Shown: one piece after another, positions 51,150-60,298 of the stretch
Layout of the letters: the number at the start of each line of letters is the position of its first letter
Position numbering within the stretch: the stretch's first letter is position 1
Assembly: GCA_963793265.1 (NCBI GenBank)
Contig: CAWBZI010000005.1
Coordinates: forward strand, 256,001-320,000
Origin: an uncultured cyanobacterium
GTDB lineage: Bacteria > Cyanobacteriota > Cyanobacteriia > Phormidesmidales > Phormidesmidaceae
Reading direction: 5' to 3'
DNA length: 64,000 nucleotides
Made by a program: the position numbers and the translations under genes
Notes under the pieces: model-generated
What the model was told of the DNA's origin: nothing
The model's database searches: none
What the model saw: only the letters and a program-made list of their open reading frames with translations

Positions 51150-51164
51150 TGATAATGATTATCA
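51150..51164. promoter_or_regulatory. Zur box upstream of znuA
   Basis: TGATAATGATTATCA. Confidence 0.9.
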
Positions 51165-51291
51165 TTCTTGAATATATATCAAGAAGCGCCTTTTGCAACC
51201 CGCTTCTTAACAAAATAATGCCGCGACCAAAACAAGGCCGTGTCCGTGGCCCGCTAGAATTGGGCTGTAAACCCTGCACCTGTTTAAACTT

Positions 51292-51657
51292 GTGATCCAA
51301 ACTAAGTCCAGCGACGTTTGCCAGGTTCGGTGCTTTAATGAGGCGCTGGTGGCCCAGGTGGGTGATGCACTGCCCGAAGAGAGTTTGTTGGAAAATGCTC
51401 AAATTCTGTTTAATGCGCTGGCAGATAGGTCACGATTAAAAATTCTCCATGCGCTGAGCGGGGGGCAAGAGCTTTGTGTCTGTGATGTCGCGGCTTTGCT
51501 GAATGTGAAAGTGGCTGCGGCCTCTCACCATTTGCGCAAGCTACGCGATCTTAAAATCTTGAAGCATAGAAATGAGGGCAAGCTGGCTTATTACTCTCTA
51601 AAAGATTTGCGTACTGCCGATATTCTTGGCTACGCGCTGAAGCAGTTAGCCCGATAG
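51292..51657 (+). CDS. ArsR/SmtB (CadC/ZiaR-like) metal-sensing repressor
   Basis: DVCQVRC N-terminus, ELCVCD, SHHLRKL. Confidence 0.9.
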   Translation: MIQTKSSDVCQVRCFNEALVAQVGDALPEESLLENAQILFNALADRSRLKILHALSGGQELCVCDVAALLNVKVAAASHHLRKLRDLKILKHRNEGKLAYYSLKDLRTADILGYALKQLAR

Positions 51658-51671
51658 ACCACTCTATCAAA

Positions 51672-51737
51672 AACATTCTAACGATGGTGAGAACGTATAG
51701 CTGTTTATGATAATATTCAAACGTTCATTAGAATGTT
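51672..51737. promoter_or_regulatory. Two SmtB/CadC-type 12-2-12 inverted repeats
   Basis: AATATTCAAACG-TT-CATTAGAATGTT (51712) and AACATTCTAACG-AT-GGTGAGAACGTA (51672). Confidence 0.7.
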
Positions 51738-51753
51738 TGAGCGAGGGTGGGCG

Positions 51754-52371
51754 ATGAGTGAGGGTTGCTGTCAGCGCAAGGGTGACGATCTTGCAAAGCT
51801 GCAAAAGCATCAGGCTAAAGTGCTTTGGGCTGTTTTGCTGATTAATGGCGTGATGTTTGTGGTTGAATTTGGTGCGGGTATTCGGGCGGCGTCGCTCTCT
51901 TTGACGGGAGACTCGTTAGATATGCTGGGCGATGCGCTAGTATATGCCAGCAGTTTGTACGTGGTGAATAAGGGGCGTAAAGCGCAGGCAGGATCGGCCT
52001 TTTTTAAGGGGGTGATTATGTTTTTGTTTGCGATCGCAGTTTTCGCAAGAGCCCTCTACCAGCTCTCTGTCGAAGTCACTCCGGCTGCCACACTGATGAG
52101 CACGATAGGCGTGGTCGCCTTACTCGCTAACCTCACTTGCCTGCTGCTACTCTCCAGGCACCGCAAAGATAATTTGAATATGTCTTCGGTGTGGCTGTGC
52201 TCTAGAAACGACATCATCGCTAATACGTCCGTGCTGGTGGCGGCAGGGTTAGTATTCCTTACGCAGTCAGTGCTTCCTGACTTAGCAGTTGGATTTTTGC
52301 TGACGGTCGTTTTTGCCAAGTCAGCCGGGAAAGTGCTGACTCAATCGTGGCGTGAGATACACACAGCCTAG
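51754..52371 (+). CDS. Cation diffusion facilitator (CzcD-like, without C-terminal domain)
   Basis: GDSLDMLGD, WLCSRND; MSEGCC N-terminus. Confidence 0.88.
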   Translation: MSEGCCQRKGDDLAKLQKHQAKVLWAVLLINGVMFVVEFGAGIRAASLSLTGDSLDMLGDALVYASSLYVVNKGRKAQAGSAFFKGVIMFLFAIAVFARALYQLSVEVTPAATLMSTIGVVALLANLTCLLLLSRHRKDNLNMSSVWLCSRNDIIANTSVLVAAGLVFLTQSVLPDLAVGFLLTVVFAKSAGKVLTQSWREIHTA

Positions 52372-52473
52372 AGAGCAGATAATCGCCACAAGACGCTGAT
52401 AGAAAGTAATCCCTCTGTAAGTGCTATTGATGAGCGCCGTATCTTGTGACCTAGCTGGCGTTGTACTATAGAG

Positions 52474-52488
52474 TGATAATCATTATCA
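52474..52488. promoter_or_regulatory. Zur box upstream of znuB
   Basis: TGATAATCATTATCA. Confidence 0.9.
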
Positions 52489-52504
52489 GTCGTGTAGTAC
52501 GCCT

Positions 52505-53347
52505 ATGGATTGGCTGTTAGAGCCGTTTAACTATGAGTTCATGCGTCAGGCATTGATGGCAGGTGTGCTCGTCGGCATTTTGTGTCCGGTTATTGGCACC
52601 TACCTGATTGTGCAGCGGATGGCGCTGCTGGGCGATGTAGTGGCTCATGCGGTGTTGCCGGGATTAGCAATCGCGAACTTCCTCAACTTCCCTTTACTCG
52701 CCGGAGCCTTCATCTCCGGCATGTTCAGCACCTTTGTTACCTCTTGGATTCGCGCGCAATCGAAGGTCAAGGTCGATACGGCCATGGCAATTACCTTCTC
52801 TAGTTTTTTCTCGTTAGGCATTACCCTGCTCACGGGCTTGCGCAGCCGTTTGGATCTTGAAGAACTACTCTTTGGCAACATTTTGAGCATTACGCCTGCC
52901 GATGTAAGAGAAATTGGGCTGATAGCGATCGCTGTTTTAATCGCTGTCAAAGTGTTTTACAAAGAGCTGTTGTTCTTCACTTTCGACCGGCTAGGCGCAG
53001 AAGCCGTTGGCCTACCTGTCACTGCAATTAATATTGGACTGATGGCTGCAATTACGCTAACCATTGTGGCCAGTATCAAAACGGTAGGTGTCATTTTGGT
53101 AATAGCGCTGATGGTGAGCCCAGCAGCAGCGGCTTATTTGCTGACCAAAGAGCTGCATTGGATGATGGTCGTCGGCTCGGGGCTAGGTGTGCTCTCTTGC
53201 ATGATTGGGATGTACATTAGCTACTACTTCAATACGCCTTCGGGGCCTGCGATCGCCCTCACCCTATTCACTTGCTTTTTACTAGCGTTGTTGTTTAGTC
53301 CTAGTCAAGGAATCCTGACGCGCAGTCGAAAGCATTCTAAAGCCTGA
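52505..53347 (+). CDS. znuB: Zn ABC transporter permease
   Basis: GDVVAHAVLPG ABC-3 motif; Zur box upstream. Confidence 0.9.
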   Translation: MDWLLEPFNYEFMRQALMAGVLVGILCPVIGTYLIVQRMALLGDVVAHAVLPGLAIANFLNFPLLAGAFISGMFSTFVTSWIRAQSKVKVDTAMAITFSSFFSLGITLLTGLRSRLDLEELLFGNILSITPADVREIGLIAIAVLIAVKVFYKELLFFTFDRLGAEAVGLPVTAINIGLMAAITLTIVASIKTVGVILVIALMVSPAAAAYLLTKELHWMMVVGSGLGVLSCMIGMYISYYFNTPSGPAIALTLFTCFLLALLFSPSQGILTRSRKHSKA

Positions 53348-53410
53348 TGGTAAGTCTTGATTGCAGGGACTTTTCGCATTCGATATAGAATCCGATGAAC
53401 AATAGGCTCG

Positions 53411-53788
53411 TCAAGCTGCGTTAGCTTTACGGAGTTCGACAAAACCACCTTCAAAAATCTGCATCGTCAGTTCATAGTCTTCCATCAAAGACATTCCGAC
53501 CAGTGGCTCTGAGTCAGCTTCATCTACTGGAATAGTGATGAGCGCCTCATCCCAAGCAATGACTGCTTCATAAACATTGAAAACGCATTCACTGCCATCT
53601 CCAAGAATTGCCCTGCCTCGTCCTTTCCATTTCAAATCTAGTTCAGCAATCAAATCAGGCGGTAATGAAAGCCACCCATTAAATCCAGTATCGACGATTG
53701 CATCTTGTATGAAAACTTTACTATCAGAGTGATGGATTGAGAGCGAAATGATCGGTTCAAGTTCTGTGTTGACTGTTCCGGTAATCAT
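53411..53788 (-). CDS. Clan AA (retropepsin-like) aspartic protease
   Basis: IVDTGFNG and LVGM motifs. Confidence 0.85.
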   Translation of the reverse strand: MITGTVNTELEPIISLSIHHSDSKVFIQDAIVDTGFNGWLSLPPDLIAELDLKWKGRGRAILGDGSECVFNVYEAVIAWDEALITIPVDEADSEPLVGMSLMEDYELTMQIFEGGFVELRKANAA

Positions 53789-54058
53789 TTAAGTTTTCCG
53801 GGTTCGTCCACCAAATCGGCGGACGTAGCCAGATCCGATGCGAACGATCCAGACTTGAGCATCGGGTTGACGAGCTTCGAGACGATCGCAAGCAGCAATT
53901 TCGTTCTTGTCAACTTCAAAATCTCCAGTTTCTATGTCGATAGCCACAATCTTTCCTTGGTTGCCTCTCTCGACCTGCTGGCGTATCTGAGACTCATAGA
54001 TTTCATCACCACGTCGAGCAAACTCTTTTCTGCTATAGCGGGGTTGACGAACTGCCAT
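53789..54058 (-). CDS. Small partner protein of the retropepsin (putative TA-like pair)
   Basis: G..IYE..IR...GKIVAIDIETG; abuts the protease gene. Confidence 0.75.
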   Translation of the reverse strand: MAVRQPRYSRKEFARRGDEIYESQIRQQVERGNQGKIVAIDIETGDFEVDKNEIAACDRLEARQPDAQVWIVRIGSGYVRRFGGRTRKT

Positions 54059-54206
54059 CTACTTAACCTTTCTATGACTATACTCCACCATTTTAACCTG
54101 TAGAATCAGCATCACTCTGGCATTAATTATCTGAGGATATAGCTTGACTTATGTCTCCTAGTCTCCAATCTCCGAGGTACGAGATTGAACCATATATTCC
54201 AAGATT

Positions 54207-54272
54207 GCCTGCTTTCTATCAGCGTTATGATTTAGTCCTAGTCAAGGGATTCTGACGCGCAGTCGAGGGTAG
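54207..54272 (+). repeat. Degenerate duplicate of the znuB 3' end
   Basis: 54231-54266 matches 53294-53329 at 34 of 36 positions. Confidence 0.85.
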
Positions 54273-54396
54273 CTCCACTCAAGACTGGTGCAAGATCTGA
54301 GCTATAAACTACGGAAAAGTTAGTCATCCCAGTGTTACCTTTTGAAAGGTTGGCAAATTGACAAGCATGGTCAAATATACTCTCAGGGGAGGCAGG

Positions 54397-54726
54397 ATGA
54401 TGGTTGATCGGGACAATCTGTACGTGGAACAGCGAGATGGAGCTTATTGGATGTCGAATTCTCGGGTTTCTCTCGACTCTGTGGTACTGGCATTTTTGCA
54501 AGGCTTATCGCCAGAGATGATCGCGGCTGAGTGCTTTCCATCGTTGAGTTTAGAACAGATCTATGGCGCGATCGCCTACTATCTTGGCCATCGCACTGAA
54601 ATTGATGACTACTTGCAGCAAGCAGATGCGGAATTTGCCGCCCTTCGAGAGGCCACTCACAACCAAGATCAGCCGTTTTACGAAAAGCTAAGGCAGGCTA
54701 GACGCTTACCTATAGGCCAGCGATGA
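54397..54726 (+). CDS. DUF433 antitoxin-like protein
   Basis: SRVSLDSVV..F.QG.SPE.I...FPSL.LEQIYGAIAYY. Confidence 0.85.
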   Translation: MMVDRDNLYVEQRDGAYWMSNSRVSLDSVVLAFLQGLSPEMIAAECFPSLSLEQIYGAIAYYLGHRTEIDDYLQQADAEFAALREATHNQDQPFYEKLRQARRLPIGQR

Positions 54727-55070
54727 TTCGATTTCAGGCAGATGCAGACTTGAATCAGATTATTGTGAAAGCTTGCCGCCGCGCTGAGCCTGACATAGAT
54801 TTCCAAATTGCTGCGGAGGCCGGGTTGATTGGAATAAGCGATCCAGAGGTTTTAGAAGTTTCAGCAAAGTTAGGTCGAGTACTCGTAACTCATGACCGCA
54901 AAACAATGCCGAAACATTTTGCAGATCGCATTATTAACGTACCTAGTGCTGGGGTGATTGTGGTTCCGCAGTCTATGGCAATTCGAGCTGTTGTAGAGGA
55001 TTTAGTGCTCATTTGGATGGCGAGTGAAGCAGAAGAATGGATTAATCGGATTCGAGCGCTGCCTTTGTAG
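54723..55070 (+). CDS. DUF5615 PIN-like toxin
   Basis: RFQADADL, DPEVL, RVLVTHD; 4-bp overlap with DUF433. Confidence 0.85.
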   Translation: MIRFQADADLNQIIVKACRRAEPDIDFQIAAEAGLIGISDPEVLEVSAKLGRVLVTHDRKTMPKHFADRIINVPSAGVIVVPQSMAIRAVVEDLVLIWMASEAEEWINRIRALPL

Positions 55071-55206
55071 AGCAAGTAGAAGAACCTATAACAACTACTC
55101 AACAAAGAAGCTCTCTCAGTTGTTGAGAGAGCTACTGATAAAAGGATTGCCTGAAGACCGAACTCAAGGCCCCTGAGATTTTTTAGCTGGAACTTTTCAG
55201 CTAATG

Positions 55207-55449
55207 CTAGAAAGCAGGCCGCTGTACTCCACCTGTACAAACCGCGCAACTACAGGTCAAGGCATCTTCGATGGGATTAGATTCGTTTTGAACCAGGGTA
55301 GGTAGGGCATCATCAGAGGCGATCGCTGAATTTGTAGTGACTGGCGCTGCGATCACCGGACTACTCACTACCAATACTGCCGCCAAAGAACCCGCACAGC
55401 CCAAAGCCGTTAATAGCGTTTTTTGACTGGTCATCTGCTGATTGCTCAT
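55207..55449 (-). CDS. Small secreted protein with a C-terminal CSCAVC motif (likely start 55449)
   Basis: Signal peptide ending VIA-A; NPIEDALTCSCAVC. Confidence 0.65.
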   Translation of the reverse strand: MSNQQMTSQKTLLTALGCAGSLAAVLVVSSPVIAAPVTTNSAIASDDALPTLVQNESNPIEDALTCSCAVCTGGVQRPAF

Positions 55450-55559
55450 AAGGCGTACCAAGATAGGTGTGCTTTTAAGCATAGCCAACCCCTCTATTCC
55501 TGACAATAGTCAGCGATACAGTTCCTCAAATTTAGCCACGGTGATCCAACCCGCTGAAT

Positions 55560-56303
55560 TCAGCAAACAAAAGGCATCGGCATACCGCCATTGAGCACCG
55601 ACTGAATATTGGTACCATAAGCCTGCTGAATATTGTCCATAGTCATCACCGCTCGGGGGGTGTCATTAGCCAACACGCGGCGGTTGAGTAGCAGCAAGCG
55701 ATGATAGCGATTGAGCGCCTCGCCCCATTCATGACTGCAAACCAGCAGCGTTTTACCTTGCTCGCTCAGGTCTGCGAAGATGCTCATCATAATCGCCTCG
55801 GTCTTTTTATCAATGCCGTTAAAAGGCTCATCTAGCAAAAATAGGCTGGGCTGCTGCGCGAGGGCGCGGGCCAGAAAAATTCGCTGCTGCTGCCCGCCCG
55901 AAAGCTGACCAATTTGCCGGTGGCGCAAAGGTAGCATTTCCACCCGATCTAGCGCCGCACTAACCTGTCTTTTTGCCCTGGCATCAGGAGAGCGGCCCCA
56001 GCCCAACGCTGCGGTCTGGGCCATCATTACTACATTCCAGGCGGTGACCGGATAGTCCCAGTCAATTTGCGATCGCTGCGGCACATAGGCCACCTGCCGC
56101 CGCTGCCGCTTCAGCGTCGTTCCATTCAGCAAAATCTGTCCTCTGTAGGGTACCAGACTTAAGATCGCCTTGACCAAAGTGCTTTTTCCGGCTCCATTAG
56201 GGCCGATAAGTCCTACCCATTCACCAGGGTTCAGAGTCAACGAAACCCCAGTGAGTGCCTCAATGCCTCGATAGTTAACAGATAGGTCTTGAACCGCTAG
56301 CAT
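55560..56303 (-). CDS. znuC: Zn ABC transporter ATP-binding protein
   Basis: GPNGAGKS, LSGGQ, LLDEPF; Zur box upstream. Confidence 0.9.
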   Translation of the reverse strand: MLAVQDLSVNYRGIEALTGVSLTLNPGEWVGLIGPNGAGKSTLVKAILSLVPYRGQILLNGTTLKRQRRQVAYVPQRSQIDWDYPVTAWNVVMMAQTAALGWGRSPDARAKRQVSAALDRVEMLPLRHRQIGQLSGGQQQRIFLARALAQQPSLFLLDEPFNGIDKKTEAIMMSIFADLSEQGKTLLVCSHEWGEALNRYHRLLLLNRRVLANDTPRAVMTMDNIQQAYGTNIQSVLNGGMPMPFVC

Positions 56304-56312
56304 CTTTAAAAA

Positions 56313-56327
56313 TGATAATCATTATCG
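56313..56327. promoter_or_regulatory. Zur box for znuC
   Basis: TGATAATCATTATCG. Confidence 0.85.
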
Positions 56328-56402
56328 AAACTTACGAAGAAGCATAGCAGATTTCTTTAACGCTGCTGACCATCGTAAGCAATCGGTACTGTGATATAAA
56401 AA

Positions 56403-56417
56403 TGATAATCATTATCA
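56403..56417. promoter_or_regulatory. Zur box for the COG0523 gene
   Basis: TGATAATCATTATCA. Confidence 0.9.
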
Positions 56418-56434
56418 CAGTTTGACCTTTGCCT

Positions 56435-57448
56435 ATGTTAGCCCCAAAAAATAAGCAGGAGCCTGAGCAGGCGCTTGCCATTCCTAAGCAAGGAATGCCG
56501 GTCACGGTGATTACTGGCTTTTTGGGCAGTGGTAAAACCAGCCTGCTCAATCATATTTTGAATAATGCTCAGGGGCTGAAGGTGGCGGTGCTGGTGAATG
56601 AGTTTGGCGATATCAATATCGACGCTCAGCTTTTGGTATCGACCAATCAGAACATGGTGGAGCTGAGCAACGGCTGCATTTGCTGCACGATTAACGAAAG
56701 CCTGGTAGACGCGGTTTATCAGGTGCTAGAGCGAGAAGAGAAAATGGATTATTTGGTGATAGAAACCACCGGACTAGCCGATCCGCTGCCGATTATGACG
56801 ACGTTTGTAGGCACAGAACTAAAGAATGTGACCCGGTTAGATTCTGTTGTAGGCGTGATCGATGCTGAAACGTTTGGCCCCGAGTTGTTGAAGCATTCGG
56901 TATATAGAAATCAGCTTATTTACAGCGATGTGATCTTGTTGAACAAAACTGATTTGGTTAGTGACGATAGATTAGCTGCCGTTGAGCGAGATATTCATCT
57001 ATCGAAATCTGGGGCGCGAATATTGAGCTGTAGCTTGCAAAGCTCGTCTGATTTGCCGCTATCGGCCATTTTAGACGTGGGACTAGCCGATGTGGAAACC
57101 CATACGCTTTCAGAAAGAGAGCTGTCCGATCATCTGGTGAGCGATCGCTTTGTTTCAATTCCTTTTCGCAGCGATCGCCCCTTTGATCTCACCAAGTTTG
57201 AGCATTTTCTCATGCAGCAGCTTCCTGACAATATCTTCAGGGCCAAAGGCATTCTCTGGTTTGAAGGGCAGCCACAGCGATATATTTTCCAGCTAGCAGG
57301 CAAACGATGTAGCCTATCGCTTGATCCTCAGTCGCACCCCCGTGAAAACCAGCTAGTGTTTATAGGTCATCAGCTTAATCCATTACAGCTTCATCAACAG
57401 CTCAACAATTGTTTGACCGGCCAACCCGCTTCTTTGCTAAGCATGTAA
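56435..57448 (+). CDS. COG0523/CobW-family Zn metallochaperone GTPase
   Basis: GFLGSGKT, NEFG, GCICC, ETTG, NKTD, FRAKG. Confidence 0.93.
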   Translation: MLAPKNKQEPEQALAIPKQGMPVTVITGFLGSGKTSLLNHILNNAQGLKVAVLVNEFGDINIDAQLLVSTNQNMVELSNGCICCTINESLVDAVYQVLEREEKMDYLVIETTGLADPLPIMTTFVGTELKNVTRLDSVVGVIDAETFGPELLKHSVYRNQLIYSDVILLNKTDLVSDDRLAAVERDIHLSKSGARILSCSLQSSSDLPLSAILDVGLADVETHTLSERELSDHLVSDRFVSIPFRSDRPFDLTKFEHFLMQQLPDNIFRAKGILWFEGQPQRYIFQLAGKRCSLSLDPQSHPRENQLVFIGHQLNPLQLHQQLNNCLTGQPASLLSM

Positions 57449-57520
57449 CTTTTAAGAGTGTAACAACTTGTTTAGTCTTGCGCCCCGTAAGACAGGTGAA
57501 CGCAATCCTGCTGTATAAAC

Positions 57521-57535
57521 TAATAACGATTATCA
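57521..57535. promoter_or_regulatory. Zur-like box (two mismatches) upstream of the unknown gene pair
   Basis: TAATAACGATTATCA, adjacent to a -10-like TGnTATAAA/TAAACT. Confidence 0.7.
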
Positions 57536-57714
57536 TTCTCGTTTTAGGTCGTAGAGGTCATAGATGTCACCTACGTTTTCTATTCAGCACTGGCCTTGGG
57601 TTAAATCTCCATGTATCGCTTACAGGCGATTTAGAAAGTGCTTGAACAAGTTTGATGTCGTAACAGTTTGATCTCAACCGATTACCAGCATCTACATATT
57701 AGGACAGTGTTTAT

Positions 57715-58539
57715 ATGGCCACTGCCATTGATTCTACTCACGCTCATCTTTCTCCAACAGAGTCAACGCTAGCGCTTTCAGCTAGCACTATCTTGAACGG
57801 CATTGATGCGGTTCCGCTCGATTGCCTACCGCCTGTTTGGCAGCAAATAGCAGCCCGAGAGGTCACGATTGGACATGGCAATCCTGATTTTTTGATTGCC
57901 CTAGCTCGATTGTTTTTTACCAAAGGGACTGACGGGAGTTCCGAAATATTTGGCTCAGAAATATTTCAACAGGAATCTCAGCACACCTCTGGCTTTCAAG
58001 CTTTTTATGCCAAAGGCGTATTTGAGACTTTGGCGTTCTTTGGCCATGACTTTTTGACTACGGCCTATCCTAGTTTTGAGCGATCGCGCCAAACCGCCAA
58101 AGCCCAAGACGGCGCTGAGCGAGTGATCGCATTCGCCCAGTCAGTCTTCGATGACTTTGGCTACGAGCTACCCGCGAGCTTCTACTGGATGCTGCTATGC
58201 CCCATTGAGCGCGACTCCATTTACGAGGCGCGTCCGATGTTTTTTGATCCCCAAATGCAGGGCGTAAAGCGAGCATACGACGCCTGCTTACATGGGTTTA
58301 ACGTAACGGCGATGCTAATGCGGGTGCAGGCTCATGCTTCTCGGCAGGAATTGTTGCTTCAGCATGGCTGCGGCTGCGATCATTCTCTGGCGCAGATGAT
58401 TCCGGGCCAAGCAAGCATCTCTTTTGAGTTTGAAAGTGCCCAGGGAAGGCAGAAGGCGATAACCGCCTATCTCTGGCGCTGTTGGAATGAATATTTGCTC
58501 TTTCCTTTGGGGGTTCATGCTCACACGTTGGCGCTGTAG
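57715..58539 (+). CDS. Hypothetical protein with an HGCGCDH motif
   Basis: 274-aa ORF with an AGGA RBS; no family recognised. Confidence 0.75.
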   Translation: MATAIDSTHAHLSPTESTLALSASTILNGIDAVPLDCLPPVWQQIAAREVTIGHGNPDFLIALARLFFTKGTDGSSEIFGSEIFQQESQHTSGFQAFYAKGVFETLAFFGHDFLTTAYPSFERSRQTAKAQDGAERVIAFAQSVFDDFGYELPASFYWMLLCPIERDSIYEARPMFFDPQMQGVKRAYDACLHGFNVTAMLMRVQAHASRQELLLQHGCGCDHSLAQMIPGQASISFEFESAQGRQKAITAYLWRCWNEYLLFPLGVHAHTLAL

Positions 58540-58647
58540 GTCGCTTTGCTAGAGCGCAACACTATTGAATGATCACACATCCCCTGGCGCTGCTGGGGGT
58601 TTGTTGTTTGGGGCGATGTCCGTAGAAACAGTGATGGAAGATAAGCG

Positions 58648-60177
58648 ATGGTTTTTCAGGTGAATATTGCGATCGCAGGTGCGGGCGTCAGCGGCTTTGC
58701 AACCCTGGGCTACTTAGTAGAGAATTTGCGCACACTGCCCTCGGCTGAAGTGGTTATCTATTGGCTACAGCCGCCTAGAGAGATTCAGCTAGAGAATTTG
58801 AGTGTGGCGCAGCGCGATCGCCTTACCCACCTTAAAAATATCGGTATTGATCCTAGCCAACTGTTTGGCGGCGGGCAGGTCTACCATCCGGCTCAGCCCT
58901 CGCTGTTCACCTTTAATGGCAACAGCACCGCCCGTGGATTTAACTTTGCCGCTCAACGGCACGATACCAACGACTACTTTGAGTGGGTACAGGTCAATCG
59001 CCGCCTGCTCGCTACGCTATATCCAGACTTTGCCCCCGAAAAAGGCCAGCAGCGCCACCGCGATCATACCCTGGACGATATTCAGGGCACAACGCCTCGC
59101 GGAGCCTACGGACTATATCTTCACGCCCAATTTTTAGCGCTTAAGGCTCGTTTGCCTGAGCACATCACACTGCAAATTATTCCTGAAGCGCTGCAAGGGT
59201 TTGCTCAAGCGGCTCGACAGATCACCGTTAATACAAGTACTCGCAAGCTGACCGTTGATTATCTGGTTGAAGCGACAGGGCATCGCTTTGCCAAACTGCG
59301 ACCTGAATGGGCTGGGCGCGTGTTCAAGGCTTATCCGTGCGATCGCTACGGTCAAAATTTGCCGCCACAGATCGCGGTAGTCGGCGCTGGCCCGGCAGGA
59401 ATCGAAGTGGCGCTTCATGCCCTACACAATCTAAATGTAGAACACGTCACGCTAATCAGCCGCTCAGCTCAGTCTCGACTACCTCAAGTAGAGCCGACAG
59501 AATCCTACGAGTGCCAGTGGTTTACTCCTGAGAAAATGCGGCTTCAACCTACCGCAGCCAATGCCAAGAGACTCCTGAACAAAGAGCTAGAAACCTGCTA
59601 TCGAGCCTGCAATTTACCCTATCCGGGTTGGGACGCGCTGTTGCAAATTGAGGATTATCCCACTTTTTTAGCAGATTACCTAGAAACAACAAAACAATCT
59701 CAAAATCACCCCTTTGCTCATCTGATTCGTCCGGTCATGTCTTTTTACGAGCAGGTAAAAGAGTTGTTGTCTGCCGCCGAGCAGATTGGCTTATTGCAGC
59801 TCATTAATCAGGTTAAGCCGCTGTTTGCCACGCAATCTCGACCTTGCGCTGAGCTAATGCTAGCGGCGCTTCAATCAAAGCGCTTAACACTGATGGCAGG
59901 AGAGTTCTTACCCGAGCAGGCAATTCCCACTATTTTGCGTCCCAACGGTACTCATATGTATCCCGACTGCGTAATTCTGGCAACAGGATTCGTTCCGTCG
60001 ATACCGCCTTTTTATCCACAAACTATCGCTACCCGCTGCTACAGCGTAACGGGCACTTCATTAAGTTCGGTGCATAGAGAGGCAGAAAGCGTGGCGGGCC
60101 TCATCACACAGGCGATTAAAATGCAGGCAATCAAGCCCCGGCTGCTTCGTGCTAGCTCTGTAACTCTGCCTAATTAA
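58648..60177 (+). CDS. FAD/NAD(P)-binding protein (YdhS/COG4529-like)
   Basis: GAGVSG, GGGQVY, PRGAYGLYL, EATGH, GAGPAG, LATGF. Confidence 0.8.
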   Translation: MVFQVNIAIAGAGVSGFATLGYLVENLRTLPSAEVVIYWLQPPREIQLENLSVAQRDRLTHLKNIGIDPSQLFGGGQVYHPAQPSLFTFNGNSTARGFNFAAQRHDTNDYFEWVQVNRRLLATLYPDFAPEKGQQRHRDHTLDDIQGTTPRGAYGLYLHAQFLALKARLPEHITLQIIPEALQGFAQAARQITVNTSTRKLTVDYLVEATGHRFAKLRPEWAGRVFKAYPCDRYGQNLPPQIAVVGAGPAGIEVALHALHNLNVEHVTLISRSAQSRLPQVEPTESYECQWFTPEKMRLQPTAANAKRLLNKELETCYRACNLPYPGWDALLQIEDYPTFLADYLETTKQSQNHPFAHLIRPVMSFYEQVKELLSAAEQIGLLQLINQVKPLFATQSRPCAELMLAALQSKRLTLMAGEFLPEQAIPTILRPNGTHMYPDCVILATGFVPSIPPFYPQTIATRCYSVTGTSLSSVHREAESVAGLITQAIKMQAIKPRLLRASSVTLPN

Positions 60178-60298
60178 TAGTCTACAGTCCGCCTCAGAAA
60201 CGGTTGCTTAGAGCAAATACTACATGTAGCGTTCATCAGCCTGATGACACTATCGTCACGCTCGCTGAGTTTGTCAGCCAAGGCGATAGAATAGACGA

